From: Candidatus Latescibacterota bacterium
Lineage (GTDB): Bacteria > Latescibacterota > UBA2968 > GCA-2709665
Assembly: GCA_965219455.1 (NCBI GenBank)
Contig: OZ244744.1
Span: 3,936,001-4,000,000, forward strand
Direction: 5' to 3'
DNA length: 64,000 nucleotides
Shown here: positions 8,983 through 19,000 of the stretch, in pieces
How the letters are laid out: every line of letters starts with the position of its first letter
Position numbering within the stretch: position 1 is the stretch's first letter
Position numbers and translations under genes: made by a program
Notes under the pieces: generated by a model
Database searches by the model: none
What the model saw: only the letters and a program-made list of their open reading frames with translations
Told to the model about the DNA's origin: nothing

Positions 8983-11900
8983 ATGAACGACCGATCTTCC
9001 CTTTTGTCACGCATTTCCGTCAATCGACCCGTGACGATAACGGTATGTCTGGTAGCCCTGCTCGTAATGGGCGCGGTGGCATATTCCCGGATCGCGGTAA
9101 AAATGATGCCCTCCGGGTTCGATCCGCCCTTTTTGTGGTTAAGCGTCCGGTATCCAGGCTCAAACGCCACGCCTCAGGAGGTCGAGCAGCAGATCACGCG
9201 CCCCCTGGAGGAGCGGCTTCGGACCATCAAAGGAATCGAAAAGGTCCGGACGTACACCGACAGCCGGGGCGTCGGCGCCCCCCTCCGGTTTCAGCAGGAT
9301 GCCGACATGACCCTGGCGTACAACCAATTGCGGGATCAGTTGGACCGCCTCAAACCGGAACTTCCGGACGAGGTGCGAGATCGGATTTTCGTGTGGAAGT
9401 ACAACGACGACGACCGGAGCATCATGTGGGTGGGCGCGGCCATGGACTCCACAATTGTCGATCCGTACCATTTCCTGGAAACACAGGTGCAACGGCCGTT
9501 GGAGCGGATAGACGGGGTGGCCAGAGTGCAACTTTGGGGTGCGGACCCCAAAGAGGTGATGATCGAGATCGACCGCGAGCAACTGATGGCGCGGGGCGTA
9601 AGCGTCTACCAGATGGTTCAGACCCTGCAGAACGACAATTTCGCGCTCAAGAGCGGATACGTGAACGAGGGAACGAAGAAATTCTACGTCCGGTCTCTGG
9701 CGCGATACCGCAGTCTGGAAGAGATCGGCAATATCCCGATCGATTCCCGTGAGGGTGGCGTCAGGCTGCGGGAGGTGGCCGACGTGGTCTACGATGTCCC
9801 GGCTCGAAGCTGGTATCAGCGAATCGACGGCCAGCCGGCCTCATCCGTCGGGATCAAGGCCGAATCGGGAGCCGACATCACAACGGTGTGTGACCGTGTG
9901 GCATCGGCCCTACGGCAGATCGAGACCGCGTCCGGTGCGGCCGGTAAAGTGCAATTCAACGTGTTTTACAATCAGGGCGAGTTCATCCGGGCTTCCGTTT
10001 CCAACTTGAGAAATACGGGCCTCTGGGGCGGGTTGTTTGCCGCGCTGGTCCTGCTGTTCTTCCTGCGGGTCATCCGTATGACGGCCATTATTACGCTGTC
10101 GATTCCGCTGTGCGCAATGATAACCGTAACGGTGCTTTATTTTTCGGGATGGTCTCTGAATCTCATGTCAATGATGGGTCTGATGGTGGGTGTGGGGATG
10201 GTTGTGGACAATGCGGTTGTGATTCTGGAGAACATCTATCGGCGGCGGGAGAAGGGCGAGTCGCCGAAGCAGGCGGCCGTCGTGGGCGCCAGCGAAGTCG
10301 CCATGGCGATCACCATGGCGACGCTGACCACGGTCGTGGTTTTTCTGCCGCTGATGTTGATGACCGGCAATGTGGGGATGACGTTTTATCTGTCTCGAAT
10401 GGGTGTCCCCGTTATCGTGATGCTGGTGGGGTCGTTGTTCGTGGCGCTCCTGATTATCCCGCTGGCCTCGGTGCGGTTCGGCGGCAGCCGGGTGAAGCCG
10501 GATTCCAGGTCGATCGGGTGGGCCCGGATGCGTTATGGCGGCGTGCTGAAATGGGCGTTGAGCCACCGTCGGGACGCAATATTGATCCTGCTGGCGGTAT
10601 TTGCAACCATTTCGATTCCGGCAGACAAAATGAAACGCTCGGATGCCTCCCGGGGAAACATCAACGATATCGATATCTATATTCGCACGCCCCGTGATTT
10701 CTCAACGAATGAGACCTTTGAATTGATGAACGAGGTGGAGGATTTTCTTAACTCCAAGCGGGAGGCATACGGTGTCAGGACCATCCGGTCCTGGTTCCGC
10801 AAGACCCGGGGAAATTTCGAGATCTACCTCGACTCCAATCCCAACGAAGCCTGGTGGTACGTCGCGTACAAGAACCTGAGGTCGGGTCTGGGCGTTCCGG
10901 TGGATAAAACGATAGCCCGCACCGAGGTCATTAAGGATCTGAAACAGAACATGCCCAAGTACGTGGGCGTGCGGATCGGCGTGGAGAGCCGCGGCAGAGG
11001 CGGCGGCGATCCTTCGGTTTCGGTGTATCTCTACGGAGACGACACCGAGGTGCTGGCCCCTCTCGTAACGGAAGTGGAGCGCCGGCTCCGGGCGATACCC
11101 TCGGTGGTAAACGTGGATTCGGACCTGGAACGGTCCACCGACGAGGCGCAGGTCCATATCGATCGGGAGCGGGCGAGGCGCTACGGGATTTCTCCACGGG
11201 TCGTGGCGCGAACGCTTGCCATTTCCATGCAGGGGGTGAGCCTGCCCCGGTTCCAGTCCGGCGAGCGTGAGGTGGATACGCGACTGTACCTGGAAGAGGC
11301 GGACCGGCAGACGCTGCACCATCTCAAGAGTTTTATGTTCAGGTCGGCGTCGGGCGAGGAAATTCCCCTTTCCGAACTGGCCAGCTTCAAGGTAACGCCC
11401 GGGCGCGGGAGAATTCGACGGGAAGACGGAAAGACGCGCCTGGCGGTGAGGGCGTTTACGACCAAGGACGATTTAAAGAGTCTCTACGCGGAAATCGATC
11501 GTGCGATGGCTGGCTTTGAGATGCCAAGGGGCTATTCGTGGAACAAGGGTGAGCGTTTCGCCAGGTTCCGGGAGTCCGACAACGAGACGATATTTGCGGT
11601 GGTGATGGCGGTTACCTGTGTCTTTCTGCTGATGGGGGTGTTGTTCGAGTCCGTGGTTCTTCCGTTCTCGGTGCTGTTTTCCATTCCGTTCTCATTCCTG
11701 GGGGTGTACTGGACGCTCTATCTGACCGGCACGCCGATGGACATGATGGCCAATATCGGCATGATTGTGCTGATCGGGGTGGTGGTAAACAACGCGATCG
11801 TGCTGGTGGATATGATCAACCGGATGCGCCTGGACGGGATGAACCGGACAGAGGCGATTCTGGAGGCCGGGCACAATCGTTTCAGGCCCATTCTGATGAC

Positions 11901-12141
11901 CACGTTTACCACGGTGTTCGGCCTGGTGCCAATGGCCCTGGGCAATACCAATTTGATCGGGATTCCCTATTCGCCGCTCGGTCGAACCCTGATGGGCGGG
12001 TTGTTTGTTTCCACGTTTCTGACCCTGCTGCTTGTGCCGATATTCTATACGTTGCTGGACGATCTGCGGACGTTTCTGCAGAGGATTGTAAGAGCCGCGT
12101 TCTACCGGCAGGCCGCCTACGATCAATCGGCGGACGATTGA
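8983..12141 (+). CDS. RND efflux transporter permease (AcrB/AcrD/AcrF family)
   Basis: ~1050 aa; N-terminal RPVT, EVEQQITRPLE, GMVVDNAVVILENI, GVVVNNAIVLVD, RFRPILMTT. Confidence 0.95.
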   Translation: MNDRSSLLSRISVNRPVTITVCLVALLVMGAVAYSRIAVKMMPSGFDPPFLWLSVRYPGSNATPQEVEQQITRPLEERLRTIKGIEKVRTYTDSRGVGAPLRFQQDADMTLAYNQLRDQLDRLKPELPDEVRDRIFVWKYNDDDRSIMWVGAAMDSTIVDPYHFLETQVQRPLERIDGVARVQLWGADPKEVMIEIDREQLMARGVSVYQMVQTLQNDNFALKSGYVNEGTKKFYVRSLARYRSLEEIGNIPIDSREGGVRLREVADVVYDVPARSWYQRIDGQPASSVGIKAESGADITTVCDRVASALRQIETASGAAGKVQFNVFYNQGEFIRASVSNLRNTGLWGGLFAALVLLFFLRVIRMTAIITLSIPLCAMITVTVLYFSGWSLNLMSMMGLMVGVGMVVDNAVVILENIYRRREKGESPKQAAVVGASEVAMAITMATLTTVVVFLPLMLMTGNVGMTFYLSRMGVPVIVMLVGSLFVALLIIPLASVRFGGSRVKPDSRSIGWARMRYGGVLKWALSHRRDAILILLAVFATISIPADKMKRSDASRGNINDIDIYIRTPRDFSTNETFELMNEVEDFLNSKREAYGVRTIRSWFRKTRGNFEIYLDSNPNEAWWYVAYKNLRSGLGVPVDKTIARTEVIKDLKQNMPKYVGVRIGVESRGRGGGDPSVSVYLYGDDTEVLAPLVTEVERRLRAIPSVVNVDSDLERSTDEAQVHIDRERARRYGISPRVVARTLAISMQGVSLPRFQSGEREVDTRLYLEEADRQTLHHLKSFMFRSASGEEIPLSELASFKVTPGRGRIRREDGKTRLAVRAFTTKDDLKSLYAEIDRAMAGFEMPRGYSWNKGERFARFRESDNETIFAVVMAVTCVFLLMGVLFESVVLPFSVLFSIPFSFLGVYWTLYLTGTPMDMMANIGMIVLIGVVVNNAIVLVDMINRMRLDGMNRTEAILEAGHNRFRPILMTTFTTVFGLVPMALGNTNLIGIPYSPLGRTLMGGLFVSTFLTLLLVPIFYTLLDDLRTFLQRIVRAAFYRQAAYDQSADD

Positions 12142-12307
12142 TTGGCGCGGAGCGGCGAGGGATTGGACCGTTCCGCGGGTGGTCGTTGAAGTGGCTTTTC
12201 CTGGATGATGTCAACGCCGGAGGCGCGGCCCTCCGGCCTTTTCTTGTCCATGTCGCGGATGCACCAGGGTTGAAGTGGTTGGAGTTGTACGTTATATTGG
12301 GTTGGGT

Positions 12308-12327
12308 ATTTCTGGAACGGGACACTG
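12308..12327 (-). repeat. Isolated IS630-like terminal inverted repeat
   Basis: Reverse complement CAGTGTCCCGTTCCAGAAAT matches the MITE end at 19644-19663 at 16/20 positions. Confidence 0.45.
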
Positions 12328-12355
12328 TATTCTCTGGCCATTAAAGGGAGTATCC

Positions 12356-13123
12356 GTGAATTTCAGGCCGTGTATCGATCTGCGCGGCGGGCGCGTGGTG
12401 CAAATTGTGGGAGGGTCTCTGTGCTGCGCCGCCACGCCGGCGACGAACTTCGAGACAGACCGTCTGGCGGCCGACTACGCGAAGATGTACAGGGCGGACA
12501 ACCTGCCGGGAGGTCACGTCATCCTGCTGGGACCGGACAACGAGACGGCCGCGCTGTCCGCGTTGTCCGCGTATCCCGGCGGGCTCCGGGTGGGAGGCGG
12601 CATCCGGCCGGAAAACGCGCACCGATATCTGGATGCCGGGGCCAGCCACGTGATTGTAACGTCGTATGTGTTCCGGGAGGGACGGGTGGAAACCGATCGG
12701 CTGGACAGGATGGTACGTGCTGTCGGCCGGGACCGCCTGGTGCTGGATCTGAGTTGCCGAAGGCGAGGCGGCGCGTATCTGGTGGTGACCGATTTGTGGC
12801 AGAGATTTACAAGCGTCCAGGTGCACGGGCCAACGTTGACCTGGCTTTCGGAATTTTGCGACGGCTTCCTCGTGCACGGCGTGGACGTCGAGGGTAGACG
12901 GACGGGGATTGAAGATGCGCTGGTGGAATTGCTGGGCGCCGAATCGCCGATAGACGTGACGTACGCGGGGGGCGTGCGGCGCCTTGAAGATCTGGACCGC
13001 GTCGAGAAACTGGGGAGGGGGCGCGTGGGGCTGACAATCGGCAGCGCATTGGATATATTCGGTGGCGACGTGTCCTATGCGGAGGTGGTGGCCTGGCAGC
13101 GACGACGCGAGCGGCCGGCGTGA
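12356..13123 (+). CDS. hisA: ProFAR isomerase, His6/eukaryote-like type
   Basis: FRPCIDL, QIVGG, GGHVILLG, GASHVIVTS, LVLDLSCR, HGVDVEG, TYAGG, TIGSALDIFGG. GTG start follows a GGGAG RBS. Confidence 0.9.
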   Translation: MNFRPCIDLRGGRVVQIVGGSLCCAATPATNFETDRLAADYAKMYRADNLPGGHVILLGPDNETAALSALSAYPGGLRVGGGIRPENAHRYLDAGASHVIVTSYVFREGRVETDRLDRMVRAVGRDRLVLDLSCRRRGGAYLVVTDLWQRFTSVQVHGPTLTWLSEFCDGFLVHGVDVEGRRTGIEDALVELLGAESPIDVTYAGGVRRLEDLDRVEKLGRGRVGLTIGSALDIFGGDVSYAEVVAWQRRRERPA

Positions 13124-13200
13124 GGCCGCCCACCGGTCGTCCGGATGTCCTTGCCCCGTCTACCGCGTCAGGCCGGCTGCCATTTCCCGTGGAGAACCCG

Positions 13201-14232
13201 GTGACGACATTTGGGGAGATAGGTGAGATTGAATTTATCGAGCGGATCGCAGCGGCCGGATTGGTGCGGCCCGATGACGTGCGATGTGGTATCGGGGATG
13301 ATTGCGCCGTATTGGGGCGCGGCAACGAAAGGGTCCGCCTCATAACGTCCGATCTGATGGTGGAAGGCGTGCATTTCGTGGTTGAGGCTTCCGTTGCATG
13401 TTGGCTGGGTCACAAGCTGCTGGCAGTGAACCTGTCGGATATCGCGGCGATGGGCGGGGAGCCTCGTGAGGCGCTGGTTTCCGTGGCGGTTCCTCCCAAT
13501 TTCGACGTCGGCTATATGGAACGCGTATACGATGGATTGCGCGCATCCGCGGCCCGTTTTGGCGTGAACGTCGTGGGGGGTGACACAACGCGGAATACAG
13601 GGCCGCTGGTCATGAATCTGACGCTGACCGGCGAGATGGATCAGGACCGGGTGTGCTACCGCTCGGGCGCACGCCCAGGTGATCTGATCTACGTGTCCGG
13701 CACCCTGGGGGATTCCGCGGCAGGCTTGAAGCTGGCGTTGGGAGATGAAGCTGGGGTTTCGGAGGAGGACCGTGATTTTCTGTTGGGGAGGCACCACCGG
13801 CCGGAGCCCCGGTTGGCGCTGGGGCAGGCGCTGGCGGCATCGGGCGCCGTGACCGCGATGTTGGATCTCTCGGACGGGATGGCTTCGGATTTGCGGCATA
13901 TTTGCAGGCAGAGCCGGGTTTCCGCGGTGATAGGTGAAACGATGATTCCCGTTTCACCTGCGTTTCGGCGATTCTGCGAGCTTTCGAATGTCGGAACCCG
14001 GAGCCTGGCGATTTCAGGCGGAGAGGACTATGAATTGCTGTTTACCGTGGCGCCCGGGGGAAGCAATGACATCGAGGCGCTCGCCGGCGAGTCGCGGATT
14101 TGCCGCATCGGGCGGATCGAAACGGGAGACGGGCGCATTTATCTCGAAAACGCGGAGGGTGCGAGGACGAAGCTGGAGGCGCGCGGTTTCGACCATTTTT
14201 CAGGTTCCCATGCCCGTGGAACGATTCTCTGA
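13201..14232 (+). CDS. thiL: Thiamine-phosphate kinase
   Basis: GIGDDCA, EGVHF, AVNLSDIAAMGG, GGDT, MLDLSDG, GGEDYELLFT. Confidence 0.95.
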   Translation: MTTFGEIGEIEFIERIAAAGLVRPDDVRCGIGDDCAVLGRGNERVRLITSDLMVEGVHFVVEASVACWLGHKLLAVNLSDIAAMGGEPREALVSVAVPPNFDVGYMERVYDGLRASAARFGVNVVGGDTTRNTGPLVMNLTLTGEMDQDRVCYRSGARPGDLIYVSGTLGDSAAGLKLALGDEAGVSEEDRDFLLGRHHRPEPRLALGQALAASGAVTAMLDLSDGMASDLRHICRQSRVSAVIGETMIPVSPAFRRFCELSNVGTRSLAISGGEDYELLFTVAPGGSNDIEALAGESRICRIGRIETGDGRIYLENAEGARTKLEARGFDHFSGSHARGTIL

Positions 14233-14238
14233 AAACGC

Positions 14239-14297
14239 CTTGTATTCTGTCCCGGAGATAGATTGCCGAATGGTGTCATATCCCCGGGACAGGACAC
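14239..14297. repeat. ~60-bp palindromic repeat / mini-MITE (copy B)
   Basis: Arms GTATTCTGTCCCGGAGATA (14242-14260) and TATCCCCGGGACAGGACAC (14279-14297) are inverted repeats matching at 16/19; related to 8899-8960 and 19646-19829. Confidence 0.65.
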
Positions 14298-14342
14298 CAT
14301 AGTCGAATCGCACCAATTCGGAAGGACCAGGACCGGTAAGCC

Positions 14343-16784
14343 ATGTCCCGAATTCTCGAATCGAATCGTACAGACCGCCTGACCATGCCCGTCACCGGGA
14401 TGAGTTGTGCCGCCTGTGCCGCCCGGATCCAGGAGGAATTGAGAAAGATCCACGGCGTAAGCGAAGCGGTCGTCAACTACGCTACGGCAGAGGCCACCGT
14501 GCTGCTCAGGTGTGATCCGGCCGGCGTACAACAGCTTGTTCGGAGAATCGAGAGTCTGGGCTATGGTATACGCACAGAAGAAACGAAGCTTGCCATTCGC
14601 AACATGAGCTGTGCCGCCTGCGTCTCCCGGATTGAAAACGCATTGGCCGGCGTTCCCGGTGTCCTCGATGGCGAGGTCAACCTCGCGACCCGTCAGGCCG
14701 CCGTGCGCCATTTCAAGGTGCCGGCCTCCATCCTGACACGGGCAGTGACCGATGCCGGGTACGGCGCGACGGTCGTCGAAAAAGACGCGATTGAGGAAGA
14801 CGGTTTAGAGGCGGAAGAACGCTCGGAACGCCGTTCGGTGCGCATTCGTTTCATCGTTGCGGCCGTACTGTCAACGCTCATCATGAGCGTGGGCATGCTG
14901 CTCAAAATCCGCGGCGCGGCGTACCCCATCCAGGAGGTTCACCTTCTACTCTTCCTCCTGGCAACACCCGTGCAATTCTGGTGCGGCTGGCGATTTCTCA
15001 GGGGGTTCTGGAGTGGCCTGCGTCACAGGACTGCCGACATGAACAGCCTTATTGCCGTGGGCACGCTGGCGGCTTATGGATACAGCGTCGCCGGCGTGTT
15101 CGCTCCCGGTTCCGTCTACGGCGCGGGCCAGCCCGCCAGCGTCTACTTCGACACCTCCGCGATGATCGTCACCCTCATCCTTCTGGGCCGACTGCTGGAA
15201 ATCCGGTCCAGAGGCCGCACCACCGAAGCCATTCGCAGACTGATGGATCTTCGTCCGCAGACCGCATGTGTCATTCGAGATGGTGAAGAGTCGCCGGTTC
15301 CCGTGGACGACGTCGCCGTCGGCGACCTTATTCGCATCCGGCCGGGTGACAGAATTCCGGTGGACGGCGTTGTGCAGGAGGGGCATTCGAACGTCGACGA
15401 ATCCATAATTACCGGTGAGAGCATGCCCGTTGAAAAGGGGATCCTGAGCCGGGTTCTGGGGGCAACCCTCAACAAGACCGGGAGTTTCACGTTTAGAGCC
15501 TCGCAGGTTGGCGCCGAGACGGTGCATGCCCGAATCGTTCGGATGGTGCGCGAGGCCCAGGGCTCGCGCGCGCCCGTTCAGCGCATTGTAGACCGCGTTG
15601 CCGGTATCTTTGTACCCGTGGTCTTCGGGGTTGCCCTTCTTACGTTCGCCCTCTGGTGGATCACCGGGTCTGAATCCGGCACCCCCAACGCGTTGCTCAA
15701 CGCCGTAGCGGTCCTCATTATCGCATGTCCGTGCGCGCTCGGTCTGGCCACACCCACGGCCATTCTGGTCGGCACCGGCCGGGCGGCGGAACTGGGGGTG
15801 CTTATCAAGGGCGGCGCCGTCCTCGAAACCGCCCACCGGCTCGACACGATTGTCCTGGACAAAACCGGCACCCTCACAACCGGCCGCCCCGCCGTTACCG
15901 ATCTCGTCACCGCCGGTACATGCACGAAAACGGACCTACTCCAGTTGGCCGCGGCCGTCGAACAGGGTTCCGAACACCCCGTCGGAGAGGCCATCCGAAA
16001 CGCGGCGCGGGAACGGGGGCTGCGTATTGAAGATTCCCTGGAATTTGAAGCCCTGCCGGGGCTGGGCGTACGCGCAAAAAAGGCCGGTCGCACCATTCTT
16101 CTGGGCAACCGGCGGTTGATGGAAAACCGGGCTATAGTACCGAACGACCTGGAGGCGCGGGCGGCGCGCCTGGAAGCCGGCGGCAAAACGGTCCTTTTTG
16201 TCGCCGTAGACAATCAGGTAGAAGGTTTCATCGGCGTCGCCGACATCCTGAAGCCGGACGTCTTCCGCGCCGTCTCCGATCTCAAGTCACTGGATATGGA
16301 AGTCCTCCTCCTCACGGGAGACAACGCAAGAACCGCCGGGGCCATCGCGGAAGAGGCGGGCATCGGGCAGGTCATTGCCGAGGTCATGCCCGAAGAGAAA
16401 GCCGCCCGTATCGCAGCACTGCAAACCGAGCATCTTGTGGCCATGGTCGGGGATGGCGTCAACGACGCGCCTGCCCTGGCGACCGCCGACGTTGGCATTG
16501 CCGTGGGCACCGGCACGGCCGTCGCCATGGAAAGCGCGGACATCACCCTCATGTCCGGCAGCCTGTCCGGAATAGAAACCGCGATCCGCCTGTCGGGCCG
16601 GACCATGCGCACGATCCGCCAGAACTTGTTCTGGGCGTTTGTCTACAACGTTCTGCTGATTCCCGTAGCCGCTCTCGGCCTGCTCAACCCGATCGGCGGG
16701 CCCATGGTGGCAGCCGGCGCGATGGCCCTGAGTTCCGTCTCGGTAATCTCGAATTCACTCCGGATCAGGGGATTCATGCGATAG
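14343..16784 (+). CDS. copA: Cu(I)-translocating P1B-type ATPase
   Basis: Two HMA domains (GMSCAAC, NMSCAAC), TGES, CPCALG, DKTGT, SEHP, GDGVNDAP, YN and MxxSS motifs. Confidence 0.95.
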   Translation: MSRILESNRTDRLTMPVTGMSCAACAARIQEELRKIHGVSEAVVNYATAEATVLLRCDPAGVQQLVRRIESLGYGIRTEETKLAIRNMSCAACVSRIENALAGVPGVLDGEVNLATRQAAVRHFKVPASILTRAVTDAGYGATVVEKDAIEEDGLEAEERSERRSVRIRFIVAAVLSTLIMSVGMLLKIRGAAYPIQEVHLLLFLLATPVQFWCGWRFLRGFWSGLRHRTADMNSLIAVGTLAAYGYSVAGVFAPGSVYGAGQPASVYFDTSAMIVTLILLGRLLEIRSRGRTTEAIRRLMDLRPQTACVIRDGEESPVPVDDVAVGDLIRIRPGDRIPVDGVVQEGHSNVDESIITGESMPVEKGILSRVLGATLNKTGSFTFRASQVGAETVHARIVRMVREAQGSRAPVQRIVDRVAGIFVPVVFGVALLTFALWWITGSESGTPNALLNAVAVLIIACPCALGLATPTAILVGTGRAAELGVLIKGGAVLETAHRLDTIVLDKTGTLTTGRPAVTDLVTAGTCTKTDLLQLAAAVEQGSEHPVGEAIRNAARERGLRIEDSLEFEALPGLGVRAKKAGRTILLGNRRLMENRAIVPNDLEARAARLEAGGKTVLFVAVDNQVEGFIGVADILKPDVFRAVSDLKSLDMEVLLLTGDNARTAGAIAEEAGIGQVIAEVMPEEKAARIAALQTEHLVAMVGDGVNDAPALATADVGIAVGTGTAVAMESADITLMSGSLSGIETAIRLSGRTMRTIRQNLFWAFVYNVLLIPVAALGLLNPIGGPMVAAGAMALSSVSVISNSLRIRGFMR

Positions 16785-16825
16785 CAGTCCGTCGAAGGCG
16801 TCGGACTCGCTCCATACCCGGGCAT

Positions 16826-17947
16826 TCATCGCCGTTTCCTGGTATACGCCAGTATTCCGTTAACGAGCCGCTCCGCGTTGCGCTCCCTGTCCTTATGATA
16901 CCGAATCTGATACGCGTCGTCTTTATCGTGGACGTTGTGGATCTCAACCAGAATCTCGGCGTGGGCCGAATTATTCCGAAGTACCCACAGGCTCCGCCCC
17001 TGAACCCGCGCGGGCACGTCCGGATGGTTCAGAGCCGAACGCATGATGCGGGCGAAAGTTCTGGAACGGCTGTCAACCTTGCCCCGCCGTTTCAGATAGA
17101 TCGCCAAGGGACCCCTGGAACGCCCGGGGTTGTTGTCCGCATGCAGTGAGACAAACAGACGCCTGCCCCTGCGCGCCCTTTTGAAGAACCGGTTCGCAAC
17201 CCGAACGCGCTGCGAGAGATTGGCGCTCCTGGGTCGCACCCGATCGGAATTTCTCCGGTTGTAACGTTCATCGTTATAGACTTCGTTCTTTTCGTGGACG
17301 AACGTAACCTTGGCCTCCACGTTATCCCGAATCAGATGATTGGGGCTAATCACCGTCAATGCCACTTCCGCGCCCAGAAGTCGAAGTTTCCTGTACATTC
17401 GCAGTGCAATATCGTAGACATATTCATCTTCGACGACGTAAACCCGCTTGTTCTGGCCCGTTATATTGGAAACGATCGCTCCCGGATCGATCCCCCCGTG
17501 CCCGGGGTCGAGCACAATACGCCAGCCCTTGAGCGGCTGCCGTCTCTTCCTGTGGGCCCGGGAGAGAATCTCGTTGTCAAAGGCGCGCAACAGGATCTGA
17601 GCGCGCCGATAGTCCAGACTCGGGGTGGAACGCGAGGCCTCCGAATAGTTCCGGTGCCTTTGCCTGGCCGCGGTTGGCTTTCGCCAGTAGTACGGACCGT
17701 TCTGCGCCTCATATTTGACAATTCTTGGACCCAGCCGCAGCACCTGCCCCGGATAGATGTTATTTGTGCGTAGCTTGTTGATTCGCTTGATCTCCCGGAT
17801 GCTTGTCTGGAACTGCCGGGCTATGGAATACAGAGTGTCGCCCTTCCGGACCTCGTAGTCCGGCGAGAGCGCGGCAAGGGGACTTGCGAACAGCATGACC
17901 AGGCAAAGCCCGGCAGTCAGCAGGCGCAAATGTCGATAGTTTTCCAT
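16826..17947 (-). CDS. N-acetylmuramoyl-L-alanine amidase (Amidase_3) with LysM domain
   Basis: Signal peptide; LysM YEVRKGDTLYSIAR...IYPGQVL; amidase motifs LDPGHGG, VEDE, SLHAD, LVE. Confidence 0.88.
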   Translation of the reverse strand: MENYRHLRLLTAGLCLVMLFASPLAALSPDYEVRKGDTLYSIARQFQTSIREIKRINKLRTNNIYPGQVLRLGPRIVKYEAQNGPYYWRKPTAARQRHRNYSEASRSTPSLDYRRAQILLRAFDNEILSRAHRKRRQPLKGWRIVLDPGHGGIDPGAIVSNITGQNKRVYVVEDEYVYDIALRMYRKLRLLGAEVALTVISPNHLIRDNVEAKVTFVHEKNEVYNDERYNRRNSDRVRPRSANLSQRVRVANRFFKRARRGRRLFVSLHADNNPGRSRGPLAIYLKRRGKVDSRSRTFARIMRSALNHPDVPARVQGRSLWVLRNNSAHAEILVEIHNVHDKDDAYQIRYHKDRERNAERLVNGILAYTRKRR

Positions 17948-18113
17948 AATTATCGTTCTACGCGGAAGCACCAATAGATCGGCGACCACACCTGTCACGC
18001 CCTCCTGAGAGAGCACTTCAGATATTACGCTATTTGTCTGCAAAAGACAAGTCGCCTCCGCCCGGGAACGAGGGGGCAACGACGGCCCGATCCGGTTGTT
18101 TTCGCCTCACGTA

Positions 18114-18128
18114 TGGTGTTATTCACCA
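18114..18128. promoter_or_regulatory. Palindromic upstream activator sequence (candidate PspF-type bEBP site)
   Basis: TGGTG-TTATT-CACCA about 90 bp upstream of the sigma54 box; a degenerate second site lies near 18093-18107. Confidence 0.55.
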
Positions 18129-18214
18129 ACAGTCGATGACAGCCCTGTCTCGTTGTACGGAATAAATTCAGTAAATACAGATACATAATCAAAGTGTGGT
18201 TTTTTTGTCATACG

Positions 18215-18228
18215 GGTACGGTTCTTGC
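18215..18228 (+). promoter_or_regulatory. Sigma54 (-24/-12) promoter of the pspA operon
   Basis: GGTACG-GTTC-TTGC has the exact GG-N10-GC spacing of TGGCACG-N4-TTGC. An AT-rich IHF-like tract (AATCAAAGTGTGG) lies just upstream. Confidence 0.75.
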
Positions 18229-18322
18229 CTCGTGTGGTCGGCAGAACGGTGGAGGAGAACCGGAAATCGGATTTTCTTAACATGGTGGCGTTCAGATGCC
18301 CACCTTAGAAGGGAGTACGACC

Positions 18323-19000
18323 ATGGCCAAAGGGGTTTTCTCCAGAATGGCGGACATTATCAAAGCCAACATCAACGATCTTCTGAATCGCGCCGAAGAT
18401 CCGGAAAAGATGATTCGGCAGATGATTCTCGAAATGGAAGAGGCCGTCAACAAGGCGACTGCGTCCGTCGGGACCGCCGTTGCCAACGAAAAACGCCTGG
18501 AGCGTCAGTTATTGGAAAAAACCGACCAGATCGAAGCCTGGCAGAAAAAGGCCGAACTGGCCGTGGAATCCGGCGAGGACGACCTTGCCAGGCGCGCGCT
18601 GGAACGAAAGGCCGCCCTCGAAAAGGCCGCCCGCGACCTGGAAATCGCTTTCGACGAGAGCCACAAGACCTCGGATCAGCTCAAGAAACAGCTGACGCAG
18701 CTCAAGTCCAAACTGGACGAAGCACGCACCAGCCAGGGCGCCCTCATCGCGCGCCGTCGCGCCGCGCAGGCGAGAAAGCAGATCGCCCAGGGCCTTTCGG
18801 GCATCGGCGATGACGCATTTTCCAGCTTCGAACGCTTCCGCAGCCGGGTCGAAAACGAAGAAGCAGAGGCGTCTGCTCACGCCGAAATTGCGGGTGAGGA
18901 TTCCTCGCTTGAAGACTCGTTCGAAAAACTGGAACGCCGGAACACCGTGGAAGAGGAACTTGAGGCCCTGAAAAACAAACTGCGTAAATCCGATGCGTGA
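18323..19000 (+). CDS. pspA: Phage shock protein A (PspA/IM30, ESCRT-III superfamily)
   Basis: GVFSRMADIIKANINDLLNRAEDPEKMIRQMILEMEE, GEDDLARRAL, VEEELEALK. Confidence 0.96.
   Translation: MAKGVFSRMADIIKANINDLLNRAEDPEKMIRQMILEMEEAVNKATASVGTAVANEKRLERQLLEKTDQIEAWQKKAELAVESGEDDLARRALERKAALEKAARDLEIAFDESHKTSDQLKKQLTQLKSKLDEARTSQGALIARRRAAQARKQIAQGLSGIGDDAFSSFERFRSRVENEEAEASAHAEIAGEDSSLEDSFEKLERRNTVEEELEALKNKLRKSDA

Noticed and set aside
12123-12344. Short ORFs between the RND gene and hisA
   Set aside because: No motif or convincing RBS; the region contains a repeat end and looks like decayed intergenic or MITE DNA.
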